DNA from: Bacteroidia bacterium | GTDB lineage: Bacteria > Bacteroidota > Bacteroidia > NS11-12g > UBA9320 | Assembly (NCBI GenBank): GCA_965216465.1 | Contig: CBDCFW010000006.1 | Coordinates: 416,723-480,722 of the forward strand | DNA length: 64,000 nucleotides | Direction of reading: 5' to 3' | Translations under genes and position numbers: made by a program | The notes under the pieces: generated by a model | Seen by the model: the letters and a program-made list of their open reading frames with translations, nothing else | Told to the model about the DNA's origin: nothing | Databases searched by the model: none | Shown here: in pieces, positions 10,594-22,790 of the stretch | Layout of the letters: each line of letters begins with the position of its first letter | How positions within the stretch are numbered: the stretch's first letter is position 1

Positions 10594-10680
10594 CTCTAAC
10601 TCAAACTCAAACTCCAACCAAACCTCTAGACTCGCACTCACACTCCAACTCTAACTCACACTGCCATTAACCCCAAAATA
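10594..10680 (+). repeat. degenerate direct copy of the ACTCAAACTC...GCCATTAACCCC repeat downstream of esterase gene
   Basis: ctctaactcaaactcaaactccaacc...actcacactgccattaacccc, direct reading. Confidence 0.8.
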
Positions 10681-11340
10681 CTCCTTATACCATTCCGTTT
10701 CGTGATGGTCAATTTTGGTCTCATCTACTTTGTGATTAACGTCTAGCTTTGCATAAAGAATTTCAAGCGAAGCAAAATCGCGTTGACTGATAACTTGAAT
10801 GTTGTTTCTCAACAATAGAGCGGCACATACACCGACACCTATTTGATAAACCTTGTTCTCTGCAAATCGATTTCCATCGTAGATAACTTGGCTGCCGCAT
10901 GCAGCACTGATATCCATCATCACAGCTAACTCTATGTTCTGATCTTTTGCTATTTCTAACATTTTGTGGGCGGCTGCAATCATACCTTTTGTCCAATCGA
11001 GACCAGATTCTGTTAAAACTTTGGCTTTGCCATCAAGTACATCATCGCCATTTCCACCGTGGATATCACACATTTCTCTTGGGGTACCAAACGAGAATTC
11101 TTCAGGACAAAATCGCGTGACTTTTGCATTGTCGTACTTTAATAACTGCAATGCACTGGGATACCTTCCGTTTGCTGTTCCATCGTAACCACATTCTACT
11201 CCAGCCAAGCATGCACTCATTAAAATGCGAAGTGGATTGTCTGCAGTTGGGCGACGAAGTGATTGTAGTTTTTGACGGTCAGTCATGCTCAAATTAAGGA
11301 ATAAGCATTTTAAGTATTTCTGCAAGCTTTTTGAGGTCAA
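10651..11340 (-). CDS. DUF523-family protein
   Basis: LAGVECGYDGTANG block matches the DUF523/YbbK-like family. Confidence 0.55.
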   Translation of the reverse strand: MTSKSLQKYLKCLFLNLSMTDRQKLQSLRRPTADNPLRILMSACLAGVECGYDGTANGRYPSALQLLKYDNAKVTRFCPEEFSFGTPREMCDIHGGNGDDVLDGKAKVLTESGLDWTKGMIAAAHKMLEIAKDQNIELAVMMDISAACGSQVIYDGNRFAENKVYQIGVGVCAALLLRNNIQVISQRDFASLEILYAKLDVNHKVDETKIDHHETEWYKEYFGVNGSVS

Positions 11341-11785
11341 CTTGATCCTTGAATAACTGAATCTTCAAACTTCTTTCTGGATTTGGTGATAAGCATGCGT
11401 CAATGATGCTCTGCAAGTAACGCTTAAATTCAAGCTCATCATCATCCGGAAACTTCGTAAATACAAAACCATTTTCTTTTTGTCCGATGTAAACTAAGAC
11501 ACAAGGATCAGGTAATTTTATATTGAACTGGTTGTTAATATTGATGATTAACTGAGAATATTCTTCAATCTGATTTGAATAAAAGTACAAAAGATGAACT
11601 TTTGAACCGGCATAGGCAGATAAATGCTGATTTCGAGAGTCGTCTGTAAGTAGTTTTCCTGCCTTTGAAGAAGGATGAACAAATGGAATAATTAACGCTT
11701 CATCTTCAGCCATATCCTCTAAATGGCTAATTTTATCTGCAATATCTTCAACAGATTCTTGTGAAATATAGTTAAAAGTAAACAT
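11294..11785 (-). CDS. hypothetical protein (start probably internal Met MFTFNY, adjacent to upstream stop)
   Basis: ORF in an AT-rich segment. The internal ATG at 11785 lies 1 nt after the TGA of the upstream gene, an operon-like junction. Confidence 0.35.
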   Translation of the reverse strand: MFTFNYISQESVEDIADKISHLEDMAEDEALIIPFVHPSSKAGKLLTDDSRNQHLSAYAGSKVHLLYFYSNQIEEYSQLIININNQFNIKLPDPCVLVYIGQKENGFVFTKFPDDDELEFKRYLQSIIDACLSPNPERSLKIQLFKDQVDLKKLAEILKMLIP

Positions 11786-11786
11786 G

Positions 11787-13073
11787 TCAAACTTGTAAAT
11801 AATATGCCCCCATAGCTCTTGTAAAACCAGTATTACCCAGCCATTGAGGATGTTCTCGATTCCACTTATTGTAAATATGTTTTGCAAGTAGCCTCAATTT
11901 TCTAGAACTCAGATTTTTGTTACGTTTCATGCTTACTTTAACTTTATCAATTATTGTGTTATCAAATTTAGATAAAAGCATGATATCGAGTAGGTTCTCT
12001 TCTTTTCCGGTTCCATCCAACCACTCTTGGACAAATCTACGGTATAATTGGTAGTACTTCTCAATATCGAACTTACCGTTTGTAAGCACCATTATTTGGT
12101 AAACTTCAGCTACACGACAGAGTATTGCCCAGTAAAAATCTGTTAGACGTTTTTGCTCAAGTGGCAGCCTAACTTCCTGGCTGTTAGAATATTTACGATC
12201 TGCTAGAAATCCTACTGGATCAATAGTTTCCCTGCCTATTTCTAATGCTGGAAGTGTAAATGTTTGTCTCTGAAACTTCTTACTTGATGAACTTGACAAC
12301 GCCTTTTTTAGTACATGACCTACTATTTTACCCCACTTTTGTTGACGTAAAATGTAAAACAACCTTGGATAGAGTTGGATATTCAACAGTATTGGAACAA
12401 CTTGTCGTCTATATGTTTTTAATATCATCCGTGATTTCCAAAATGTTTTGGTCTGATTAAAACTATGATAGCAGAGGTCTAAAAGTTGAGGTACTTCTTT
12501 TAAGGTGTATTGACCAGACTTAAACCTACTCAGAGCCTCTTTGATTCTTTGTGCGTCTCCATAGTTCTTCTTCTCATCTTCGGTCATTTGAGACTTGTGC
12601 ATATATGCTGCTTCTAATATTGGTGATGAGGAATAGTAAAACTTTGTATAATTCAAATAATATTTGACAATTTGTCTATCAACTAAGCGAATTCGATAGT
12701 TAGAACGTCCAAGATTTTTGTTTATCGAGCTAAAAGATAGTCGAAGAAAAATGTTTCCAATATAAAACGAATTGGAAACAACAGATTTGCTCAAGTGATC
12801 GTAATGATCCCATTCCTCTTTTAGGTAGTCGGCACTTTTGTGAATGTTAAGCACATCCTCGATGTGTTCACTAATCTTCTCTTGATTCTCTAAATCGATG
12901 TCAAGAATCTTCAATATCTCATCAGCATCTTCATCACGTATAACAATTGACTTTGTACCTGTAAGAGCTTTGATTTGGTTCTTTGTACCGGAACAAAAGT
13001 AAAAACTCATTACCCAAATATACCTAATTAAGATAAATTGTATTATGTAATTTCCTTTTGCAATATGTCTCAA
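11787..13073 (-). CDS. hypothetical protein, AT-rich accessory gene
   Basis: 428-aa ORF with no recognisable motifs. Composition differs from the flanks. Confidence 0.4.
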   Translation of the reverse strand: MRHIAKGNYIIQFILIRYIWVMSFYFCSGTKNQIKALTGTKSIVIRDEDADEILKILDIDLENQEKISEHIEDVLNIHKSADYLKEEWDHYDHLSKSVVSNSFYIGNIFLRLSFSSINKNLGRSNYRIRLVDRQIVKYYLNYTKFYYSSSPILEAAYMHKSQMTEDEKKNYGDAQRIKEALSRFKSGQYTLKEVPQLLDLCYHSFNQTKTFWKSRMILKTYRRQVVPILLNIQLYPRLFYILRQQKWGKIVGHVLKKALSSSSSKKFQRQTFTLPALEIGRETIDPVGFLADRKYSNSQEVRLPLEQKRLTDFYWAILCRVAEVYQIMVLTNGKFDIEKYYQLYRRFVQEWLDGTGKEENLLDIMLLSKFDNTIIDKVKVSMKRNKNLSSRKLRLLAKHIYNKWNREHPQWLGNTGFTRAMGAYYLQV

Positions 13074-13235
13074 ACCTTGTTCTTCTGATGTAAATGTTTT
13101 GAAGCGTTTTGCCTAAGTGGAATTCGTGAAATTCTACATAGCGTGATAGTGTATGTTGTTCTTACCCCTAATTTTTTCTAAATTTGGAAGAGCTCATTCC
13201 TAAACGACTAAGCCGTAAACCTAACCTTATCAATT

Positions 13236-16200
13236 ATGTTCAATTTTCGTTCAGTACTAACCTTACTCTTTCTGACTTCTTGTGCTACTGCATTTTCGCA
13301 ACAAACTATCATCGTTGACCACTTAGGGTCAGGCGATTACACCACAATTCAGGATGCCCTAAATTCAATTAACGGGACCACCATCACCCAAGAAACCCGC
13401 ATCCAAATCAAAGCAGGGACATACGATGAGCACCTGCAAATTGACAGCATTCAAGGTACAAGCTCAATTAACAGAGTAATTCTCGAATCATTTTCTGGCG
13501 ACACCGCTGATGTTTTAATCTTTCACGATTCAGTAGATATTTTTCCTGCCCGATCGAGTGTTGACATCAGAAAAACAAAGCATCTGCTCTTTCAAAACCT
13601 CAGTTTTAGATGTCCAGAAGATGAAGGTTATATCGTTGGTTTAGACGAAGGTGTTGGCGAACTTGAATTTAACGGTTGTCATTTTTTTAAGGGCTCAGGC
13701 ATTGACGACAAACCCGCAATCAGTTTGAACTATAGCTTTAGTGCTTCCGATTACGATTTAGGTAGCTTGTATCTAAGAAACAATCAGTGTACAGATGTTC
13801 GACTGTTTTCGCGCGATATCTCCTTGTTTAATATTGAAACGCTTGAAATAACGAACAATACTATTTCTTACGTCAACTCTACCAGTAATGATGTGCCCAT
13901 ATTGCAAGCCAAAGTGGTTGAAGTTCAAAATAACACGTTCAACAACTCTTCAGTCGGTATCGTTACTGGAGCAGATAAGATCACGATTACCGGCAATTTT
14001 TGTTCTACACGAAGTACAGCCATTTCGATCAATACAAGAACCAAAGGAGATACTTCAGCACTTGTTGCCAATAACATGATTAGTACCAAAAGAACGGTTG
14101 GAGTTCATGTTGCAACTGGAAAAGTTGACGTGCTCAACAACAACATCCATAACTACGATACCATTTCACAATCCATGGCCGTTTATCTCGGTAGTCTTGA
14201 TTCTGTTAGGGTGATAAATAACATTATGAGCAGTTTGGGAACCAAAGCAATTGGCTTCTTTTTATTCGATACGCTAATCCCTTCTAGCTTTTATTGCGAC
14301 TACAACAACTATCATTTCCCAGAAGGTAATTACACCTTGAACAACTTCACATTCCCTGCTACAACAACAAGCTCTATTGCCGAAAATATGAGCAAATACA
14401 ATATTGATTCGAACAGTGTGGCCTTTGACCCGCTCTTCGTCTCCGATTTTGACTTGCACACACGCAATGGAATTCTCAAAGGCAAAGGGATTCATTTACC
14501 CGAAGTACTCTTTGATATAGATGGCGATGCACGTGATCCTGATGAGCCCATAATTGGTGCAGATGTGATAACCGAAAGCGTAGATCTTGTGCCGAGCAGC
14601 TTTAAAAACTTTGTTGGACAATTCTATCCCGGTAAAACCATGGAAATTGAATACGAAGTTTCAAACAGTGGTGGCCTCGACCTTAGTTCTTTAACCTGGT
14701 ACGATGACATTTATTTGAGTTCAGATCAAACTCTAGACGAAGGCGACATCCGACTCGAAACCATTACCAACAACTTTACGGTAGATGCTTCGGACCTCTA
14801 TTCGAGACGTCCCTCTGTATCTATTCCCTATATTGCTGGAGGAACTTATTACTTCATTCTTCAAACCAACTCAACCAAGATTGCATTTGAAGACACCACC
14901 AACAATACGCTAGTTTCTTCAGCTAGAGTTTTGCCTGTGCCCCAATTGCCGAATTTAGAAGTAACAAGTGTTACCGTTCCTCCTTCAATCTTCAGCGGGA
15001 AGCAATTCACCCTCAGCTGGACAGTCGAAAACACAGGAAACGCAAGTACAACAGGCAGCTGGAGTGACTATGTGTATTTCGCTACCAATGAAAATATTCT
15101 CAAACTGAACAATCAAGGCATTAAAGATTCCTTGCTACGCATAAAGGTTTCTGCTCCCACAGGATTGAAAGCAGGCGAATCATACACTTCTTCTACCACG
15201 CTAGGTTTTACCTATCAAATTTTCCGGAAATGTGTACTACCGCGTGCAAACAAATGGCAATCTCAACATATTTGAACAAGACACAACGTTTGTTGACAAT
15301 GGAAAAATAAGTGCAGCACTCAATGTTATTCAATCGCCGCTTCCAGACCTTACAATCACTGGATTGAACATACAGTCTTCTGCCTTTTCTGGAGATACTG
15401 TATTAGCGAATTGGACGGTAAAAAATGTAGGCCAACAAAAGACCTACAGAACAGACCGATTCTATAAACCTACTCCACTGGAAGACAACCCAAGAATGTG
15501 GTACGATCGCTTGATTATTTCGAAGAATCCAGTATTTGATCCGAACGATAAAAACAACATTCAAAAAGCTTTCTATAGCCGTGCCGCTAATGATGAACTC
15601 GATGTTGATTCATCGTATACCGTTAATGCAAAAGTTGCCTTTAGTCGTTGTGAATATGGCAAGTATTATGTTTTTGCCGTAACCAATTACACGGCATCTA
15701 CCTTCGAGCTTCGATACGATAACAACGTGGTATTGATGGATAGCATTGAGCTGATACTTCAGCCCAACCCTGACCTCAAACCAACGTCAATCAGTGTAAC
15801 CAATGAGCCTGCTTCAGGTAAAACCATCGACATCGATTACACCATCGAAAATGACGGTTTTGATGATTGGCGTGGATTCAGTTTTAAGAACAGATTCTAC
15901 ATCCACCCTAACCCAACATTCAATGCTCAAGAAGCTCAATTTTTAGGCAGAACCTATGTTTATGATTCATTGTTGAAAGGCGATGATTTCTCAGAATCGG
16001 TAACCTTTGATGTGCCTTACCGCGTATACGGAGATCAATACGTTACAGTATTTACCGACGAAGATCAAAAGATTTGCGAGGCTCCAAACGACGACAACAA
16101 CATCCTCACTACCAGTTTAGTAGATGTCGAACTTTCGAAACAACCTGATTTGGTTCTGGAGGTAAATGAGATTCCAGACACCTTAATTCCAGGTCAAAAT

Positions 16201-19200
16201 TTACAGCTTATTATCTCTACAAAAAATCAAGGAGAAGAAGCGGCTCGCGAAGGATACTGGTACAACACCGTTCATCTGATTAGCAACATAAATTATGAGC
16301 TAAGAAAGTATAGAATATCGGATGAGTTAGGTGCCGGACTAACACGTAACGACACCTTGAACATTACCATTCCATTAGACCTAAAAGAAGGCTTTTATAT
16401 TGTTCGTCTTACTACGGATTTTACCGACCGAATTTTTGAATTTGGAGGTGAGCAAAACAACATTTTGAGCAGTGATGTGGTTCAAGTGGTGCGTGATGAC
16501 AACCGAGTTCCTGACCTTGATGTTATGAGTTTGAAGGTGCTTGAGACTGATCCTCGAGCCGGCGATGAAGTTTCGTTAGAAGTTAAAATTCTAAACCGTA
16601 GTTTAACTACATCCCAAACAGGCTGGAAAGGAAAAATTGAACTGGAAGATGCCGATGGAAACTTATATGCATTCTTCTACCCAAATCACCTTGGCCGGAT
16701 AGCCAAAGATCAAACGGTGACCGACACCGTTAAAATTAGACTGCCTTTTAGCAAAAGCGGTCAAATCACTTTCCATTATACGACCAACCACGAGAATAAG
16801 CCTATTGAGTATGTGCGAGCGAACAATACTCGGTCGATTACCCGTTCAGTGCTGGCCTATATCCCACCCGACTTAGAGCCTTCGAAGATTACTTCGCAAG
16901 TGTGTTGTAATGTATATTCATTTCAGCATGACACGCTATCAATAGAAGTTGATAATAACGGCCCTGGAGATGTTTTAGGCAGAGGATACTTTGCGAAAGT
17001 GTACTTGTCGGATGATGAAATTCTGGACAAGCACGATTATCATTTAGCCACACATCAACACTTTAGCGGTGTTCGTTCGGGTTCAACCGAAACCTTAGAT
17101 ATTCCTGTTAAATATCCTTACACCCGAGCTGGAACATTGTTTTATATCGTTGAAATAGATACAGACAATGATATTTATGAAGGTGGAAATGAAGACAACA
17201 ACAAGTACACTTCGGGTTATTCGATTAACCTTTCCAATGAGATAACCGACCTCTCATTGGACTCAATTTCAATCACCAATTATACAGGACCCGATGACCG
17301 GTATGTGTTTGTAAATTACACCTTCTCAAAACCAGCAGGCGACTCGATATATCGAAACTGGAACAACTATATCTTGCTCTCCCAAGATAAGCGTTCATTG
17401 CCGCATGCAGTGGGGACGACTCCTCATGAATATACGGCCAATCTACCGGGAAATGTAGACACCTTTATGGAAACCAAATTGGCTACCATGCCTCGAAACT
17501 TACAACCGGGTTACTATTTTATCGGGATGTTGCTAGACCGGAATAATGAGGTGTACGAAACCACGGAAGATAACAATGTACTGTTCTCTTCTGACAGTTT
17601 TTACTTCGATTTTTCGGTTCCATTAGAGTTAGACAGCATAAAAGACACTTTCTGGATAGAAGGCCAGTTTGCGAGCAGTTTGTATTACAATGTTGAACGT
17701 CCACAAGACAAAGGAATGATCGTCAACTTAGATGTTTCTGACAAAAATGCATCTACCGAAATGTATCACCGAGCAGGCTTTATTCCTTCGGCCACGGTAT
17801 ACGACAACAAGTACAACAATCCATTTCTTGCCGATCAAGAAATCTTGGTTCCGGTAACTGATACCGCTGTTAAGGATTACTTGTACGTAGTGCCCAAGTA
17901 TGTACCTCCGGTATATGACATCCACGATCGATTGGATCCCGTTCCCTATTCGATAGTTGCCAACTCTGCAGAATTTAGCATTCATTCCGTAGCACCTAAT
18001 ACAGGAAGCGTTTACGGCAATACTACAGTGCAAGTGAAAGGCTTCGATTTTGACAGCGAGACTAACTTCATATTGTTAAATGCATCGAACGATACCATCA
18101 CCCCATTTGCTGAAAAAATCTTGAATTCAAGTGAGGCGGTACTCACCTTCGACCTCCGAGAAAAAGAGCTAGGTTTCTACGACTTGTTGGCTCTAAAACC
18201 TGCGTCAAAGGCTACGCTAGATCAAGGATTTGAAGTTGACACCTTGGGATTTGAAGACCCATGGGTGAATGTTGATATACCGCACCTACACTTGACCCGC
18301 AAGCCTGCGGTGATGAACATCAATTTTGGAAATCATGCCAACACGAACGGCTACGATTATTGGCTGGTTGTGGCGATTACCAACGCCAAGCAAAATGTAG
18401 ATCACTTAGAAACCAGTTTTGTAGGTTCCTCTGAAGAGGAATTGAATGAATTGTATGATTTTACTGGTAATCCAACAGGAGATTCGACCCATGTTGATAT
18501 TGATGGTATTCGCTACTTTGTGTATTGGATTCCACAGTTATCGGCCAAAGCACAAACTACATTTACGTATACCATAAAGCATTCAGAAGAGGATACAACT
18601 ATGGTATACAGTCTGTTGTTCCGTCAACCGTTGAGTGCATTTTCAATGTCTGGACGATTTGGGGATCTGTGGGAAAGTCAGACTGTGTACGAATGGTATG
18701 AAGCCTATTCAGACAATGTTGGTTTGAAAGAAAAAGCTGGATTTGACTGCAACCGAATCGATATAAAAAATGTACAACAGGAGTTGGCGAACCAAACCAT
18801 AGAGCATGCCAAGAATGTGCATGGTGGTGTAGGAACATTTGGTGCTGCACGAGGCGGACGCGATGTGGCTAAAATTGCCTTTGAAGAATGGAAAAAAGAT
18901 GTGCGAAGCATCGGTGATTCGAAAACGCAGCAAGACATGTTGAAAGACATGGTTTTCAAGAAGAAATCGATTACAGAAACGGCTACAGACTACTTGAAAA
19001 AAATCGACCCTAGAACCAACGCAACCGAGCGATTCTACAAAAAAGATCCTCCTTTTGGCAATTTGGTGAAGGATGTATTTAGCTGTTTGGATAACGATCC
19101 TGAGTTTAAGAAAAACATCAACCGTTGTATCCATGTAAGTTCACACCCGAGGTACGGAAAGACGTATCACAACCTCTGTAAAAAGAAGAAAAAGGATAAC

Positions 19201-20337
19201 GAAGACAACTTCATTACGCGTTGGGTAAATTCAATTGACCCGAATGAGATTGAAGGCCCTCAAGGTGTTACTGATTTGCGTTATGTTGATCAAGGTGAAG
19301 ACATGAATTACATCATCCGATTTGAGAATAAGCCAGAAGCATCTGCTCCAGCGGTAACGGCGTCGATTAACAATCCACTCGATTCTGCGTTCAGATTGCA
19401 GTCTTTTGCATTGAAGGAAATTGGTTTTGGAGACACCGTAATCATTTTGAACGATGAAAATAGCTTGAACCAAGTATATGACTTAGGTCCAAAATACAAT
19501 GATCAGCAGTTGCATGTTGTTGCTGGTTTAGATGTGTTAAACCATCAAGCCGTATGGAGAATGACGACCATCAACCCTGCTACTGGAAATCCGGTGGATG
19601 ACCCATTTGGCGGCTTCTTACCACCAAATGATAGCACAGGAATTGGGGAAGGCTATGTGAAATATGTGATTAAAATGGTTGATGATGTTGAGGTTGGAAA
19701 TGAAGTATTAAATGCTGCAGATATTATCTTCGATCAGAACGAGATCATTCCTACCAATACCTGGTCGAATATAGTAACTGGAAGTGCTCCGAGCAGTCAT
19801 GTTAAAGCCCTACCTAGCAATTCAGCTAAAGAATTTACAGTGAATTGGACAGGTACAGATGGCGAATTGGGACCGGGAATACACTCCTACTCGATTTATG
19901 TATCGAAGGATGACGAAGCCTATTATGAATGGATTGCAAATTCATCGGATACCAGTGCACAATTCATTGGCGAACCGGGAAGTGTTTATCGTTTTTACAG
20001 CATCGTTAATTTAATGAATGGGGCAAGTGAAGGAATTCCGGCCACTTATGATGCAATAACGGAAATAGACCCTGCACGTATTGAACGTATTATTGAAGAA
20101 AACAGGCTGGTGATTTATCCTAATCCAGGAAGTGGAGTGATTAACATCCGTCAAGAGCATGCTAAGCAATTGCACATCACCTTACGCTCGATTCACGGAC
20201 AAGTATTGGGAGAATATGATCTATCAGAATTAGAAAACGAGATTGAAGTTTATCATCTTCCTGCAGGCTTGTACATTATTGAAATGAACCAAGATGGAGT
20301 AAGAAGAAATGTAAGATGGTTGAAAGGGGAGGGTTAA
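13236..20337 (+). CDS. giant secreted cell-surface protein (beta-helix plus CARDB-like repeats) with T9SS type-A C-terminal sorting domain; split by apparent +1 frameshift at ~15205-15275
   Basis: Signal peptide at 13236. The two ORFs (13236-15275 and 15232-20337) overlap by 71 nt in adjacent frames with continuous domain architecture. C-terminus ...VIYPNPGSGVINI...LPAGLYIIEM matches the Por_Secre_tail sorting domain. Confidence 0.6.
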
Positions 20338-20576
20338 TTGGGTGATTAATCTTCGATTCACGAAAATCGTCATTTAATTCCTATCTAAACTATTAGATTT
20401 GAGTCGTTAAACTTCGTCAAATCCTGATATAGAAATTAATTAATTTACAGTAACTTAAGTTTTAATGACGAAAAAGCAAAATTAATGAAGTATTGATATC
20501 ACTCTTCAGTAGATATTCAAGTATTATATTTACAAACTACAAAATGGCTTAATTAAGTTTTAAAATCAATAAAAAG

Positions 20577-21983
20577 ATGAAGTTTTTCTACATATTTTCT
20601 TTATTTCTAGTTTCATGTACTCATTCAATTGAGAGTGGAAATTCGCAGTGGTATACCGAAAGAGGATCCATTGGTGCATTTGGTCATTCTAAAGAAGAAT
20701 GCAATTTACCACTATTGGAATCGTGGAGATTGGATTTTCCTGATGGACCTCTTCCTCTTAATGTTACCACTAATGCTGAGCCAATTTCTGGTGATGGGAA
20801 AGTATTTTATTCAAGAAGTGATTTAATACACGCACTAGATGCCAGGAACGGCAATGAGATTTGGACGTTTTCTGCTCCGGAAAATGGATGTTTCAAGACG
20901 TGCACATATATGGAATTTGACAAAGGAGAGGCTAAAAGGATTTTTGTTACATCAGGATCGCAGTCTTCAATAAAATTGTTTTGTCTTGAGGCTGAAACAG
21001 GTTCACCCATTTGGGTAAAATCTTATTCTAATATAGGTCCTTCAATTAGTCCTTGTTGTTTTGTTTCTCCTCCGACAATTAGTGGCAACAATATATATTT
21101 TACTATGAAGGGTGCACAAAATAATGCAGCAAATGACACAAGTAACATTCAAGTGGTTTCTAGATTAATATGCGTGGATGTCAATGGGACAGAAGTGTTC
21201 AATAATGAATTTATAAACACATCCTTGAACACCAATTCTCCACCTTTAACTGGAGCAGGACAAATTTACATATCAGACATTTATAATAACGTAATCAAGG
21301 TCTTTAACATGATTGGGGACATTAAGTTCAATATTACAGAGATTTCTAGTGCTCCTTTGATAGATAATGGCATAATCGATTATACTGGGGGATCTATTAA
21401 GTATATTGTTGCTGATGCCACATATCCCTCGTCAACTATATGCATTTACCTACCATGGTTTAGGCGTAACAATTATTCAACAATACCTCAACCTGAACGA
21501 GGTTTTTTTATAACGGCATTTAACCAGTCTGGAGCTAAGTTGTGGAGAACAGAAATGCTATCAAACGATCAAAATAGTACCTATTTTGGGGTTGCGTTAA
21601 GCCAAGATCTGCTACCCAAAGATTACTTGATATACGCAGGAAGAGATAGACAGGCAACAGATACGGGCACTATAGGACAAAATGCAATCAAAGTTTACAA
21701 AATTGACAAATCAAATGGCTCAATAGTTTGGTCGACACACTTAAATGAGACGTTTTATAGGTGTAGTGCTCCTGTTATTTGGGGCTCTAATGTTTTTTTT
21801 ATGTTTGGAGCAGAGCACTTGACATTAGAGGCATTAAACTTTCATAACGGGTCTTCAGTTTGGTATGAAGAGTACCAAATTCCTCTTACCACAATGGTAA
21901 ACCAAGATCGTTTAAGTGTAATTGGGAATAAATTAGTATTCTATCAGCGAAATGGAGCGATTAGAGCTTTGGAAAGTAACTAA
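20577..21983 (+). CDS. PQQ-like beta-propeller repeat lipoprotein
   Basis: Signal peptide plus Cys. Repeated ALDARNGNEIW / WST-type PQQ-repeat motifs. Confidence 0.5.
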   Translation: MKFFYIFSLFLVSCTHSIESGNSQWYTERGSIGAFGHSKEECNLPLLESWRLDFPDGPLPLNVTTNAEPISGDGKVFYSRSDLIHALDARNGNEIWTFSAPENGCFKTCTYMEFDKGEAKRIFVTSGSQSSIKLFCLEAETGSPIWVKSYSNIGPSISPCCFVSPPTISGNNIYFTMKGAQNNAANDTSNIQVVSRLICVDVNGTEVFNNEFINTSLNTNSPPLTGAGQIYISDIYNNVIKVFNMIGDIKFNITEISSAPLIDNGIIDYTGGSIKYIVADATYPSSTICIYLPWFRRNNYSTIPQPERGFFITAFNQSGAKLWRTEMLSNDQNSTYFGVALSQDLLPKDYLIYAGRDRQATDTGTIGQNAIKVYKIDKSNGSIVWSTHLNETFYRCSAPVIWGSNVFFMFGAEHLTLEALNFHNGSSVWYEEYQIPLTTMVNQDRLSVIGNKLVFYQRNGAIRALESN

Positions 21984-22126
21984 TTTAATCAGACAAGATA
22001 ATTTGCCCTAATTTCCAGATTCAATCAAAATAGGCATTATAGTAATGATGCAAGGTGGTATAAGAAGTAATGTAAAAAGGTTAAAAGGAAGATGGCCTTA
22101 ATTAAGAGTTAATTTTATAATACTCC

Positions 22127-22702
22127 TTAATCCTCTTGGTGCTGAGCCCTTTTGATAGAATCGCGTTGTTGCCAGTACGCTTCTAAGTTTTTGCGGTATT
22201 CTTCATTTTGTGGATCTTCTTCGGTAAGGAGGATGAGTTTAATCAATTCAGGTTCACCTTTGAATTGAACATTGAGTATCACTGCGGAAGGAATGAGATA
22301 GAATGTAGATAAGAGTACGACTAATACGCCGGTTCTAATCATCATTCTTTTGTAATAGGTCTTGAGCTTATCTTGACGTTGATACATGAAGATAGACAGA
22401 CCTAATATGATTGCTGTAGCAATGAAACCAATGCCGTACATAAAATTTCCACCTGGCCAGTGTAGCAATTCAAAAAGGAATCCAACCAAACCAATAGAAA
22501 TGGCTCCTCCAGCAACAGCGGACAGCATTAGCACCGGATCTCGATCTGCTTTGGGAGTTAAAAAATGAATTCCTCCCATAAAGTAAAACATGGAGAGTAG
22601 TGACAATAAGACAACAAGGATAACAGACACACCGGTTACATCTAAGAAGAAAAGTGTGATTGCAATTGCTAGGGTTATTCCAAAACCAATTTCAGTTTTC
22701 AT
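22127..22702 (-). CDS. hypothetical polytopic membrane protein
   Basis: 191 aa with about 5 hydrophobic helices. Confidence 0.4.
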   Translation of the reverse strand: MKTEIGFGITLAIAITLFFLDVTGVSVILVVLLSLLSMFYFMGGIHFLTPKADRDPVLMLSAVAGGAISIGLVGFLFELLHWPGGNFMYGIGFIATAIILGLSIFMYQRQDKLKTYYKRMMIRTGVLVVLLSTFYLIPSAVILNVQFKGEPELIKLILLTEEDPQNEEYRKNLEAYWQQRDSIKRAQHQED

Positions 22703-22790
22703 GTAACAAAGAAAAGGAATTTAGGGAAAGTGAAGATGAATTTAGAAAGCAACTAATCATGCCCTTAAACACTCCTATATTTGTTAGACT

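Noticed and set aside
17519-19499. Several 60-140-aa minus-strand ORFs inside the giant adhesin gene (also 54644-56534 inside the BNR protein)
   Set aside because: Embedded antisense ORFs in long repeat-rich genes. Spurious.
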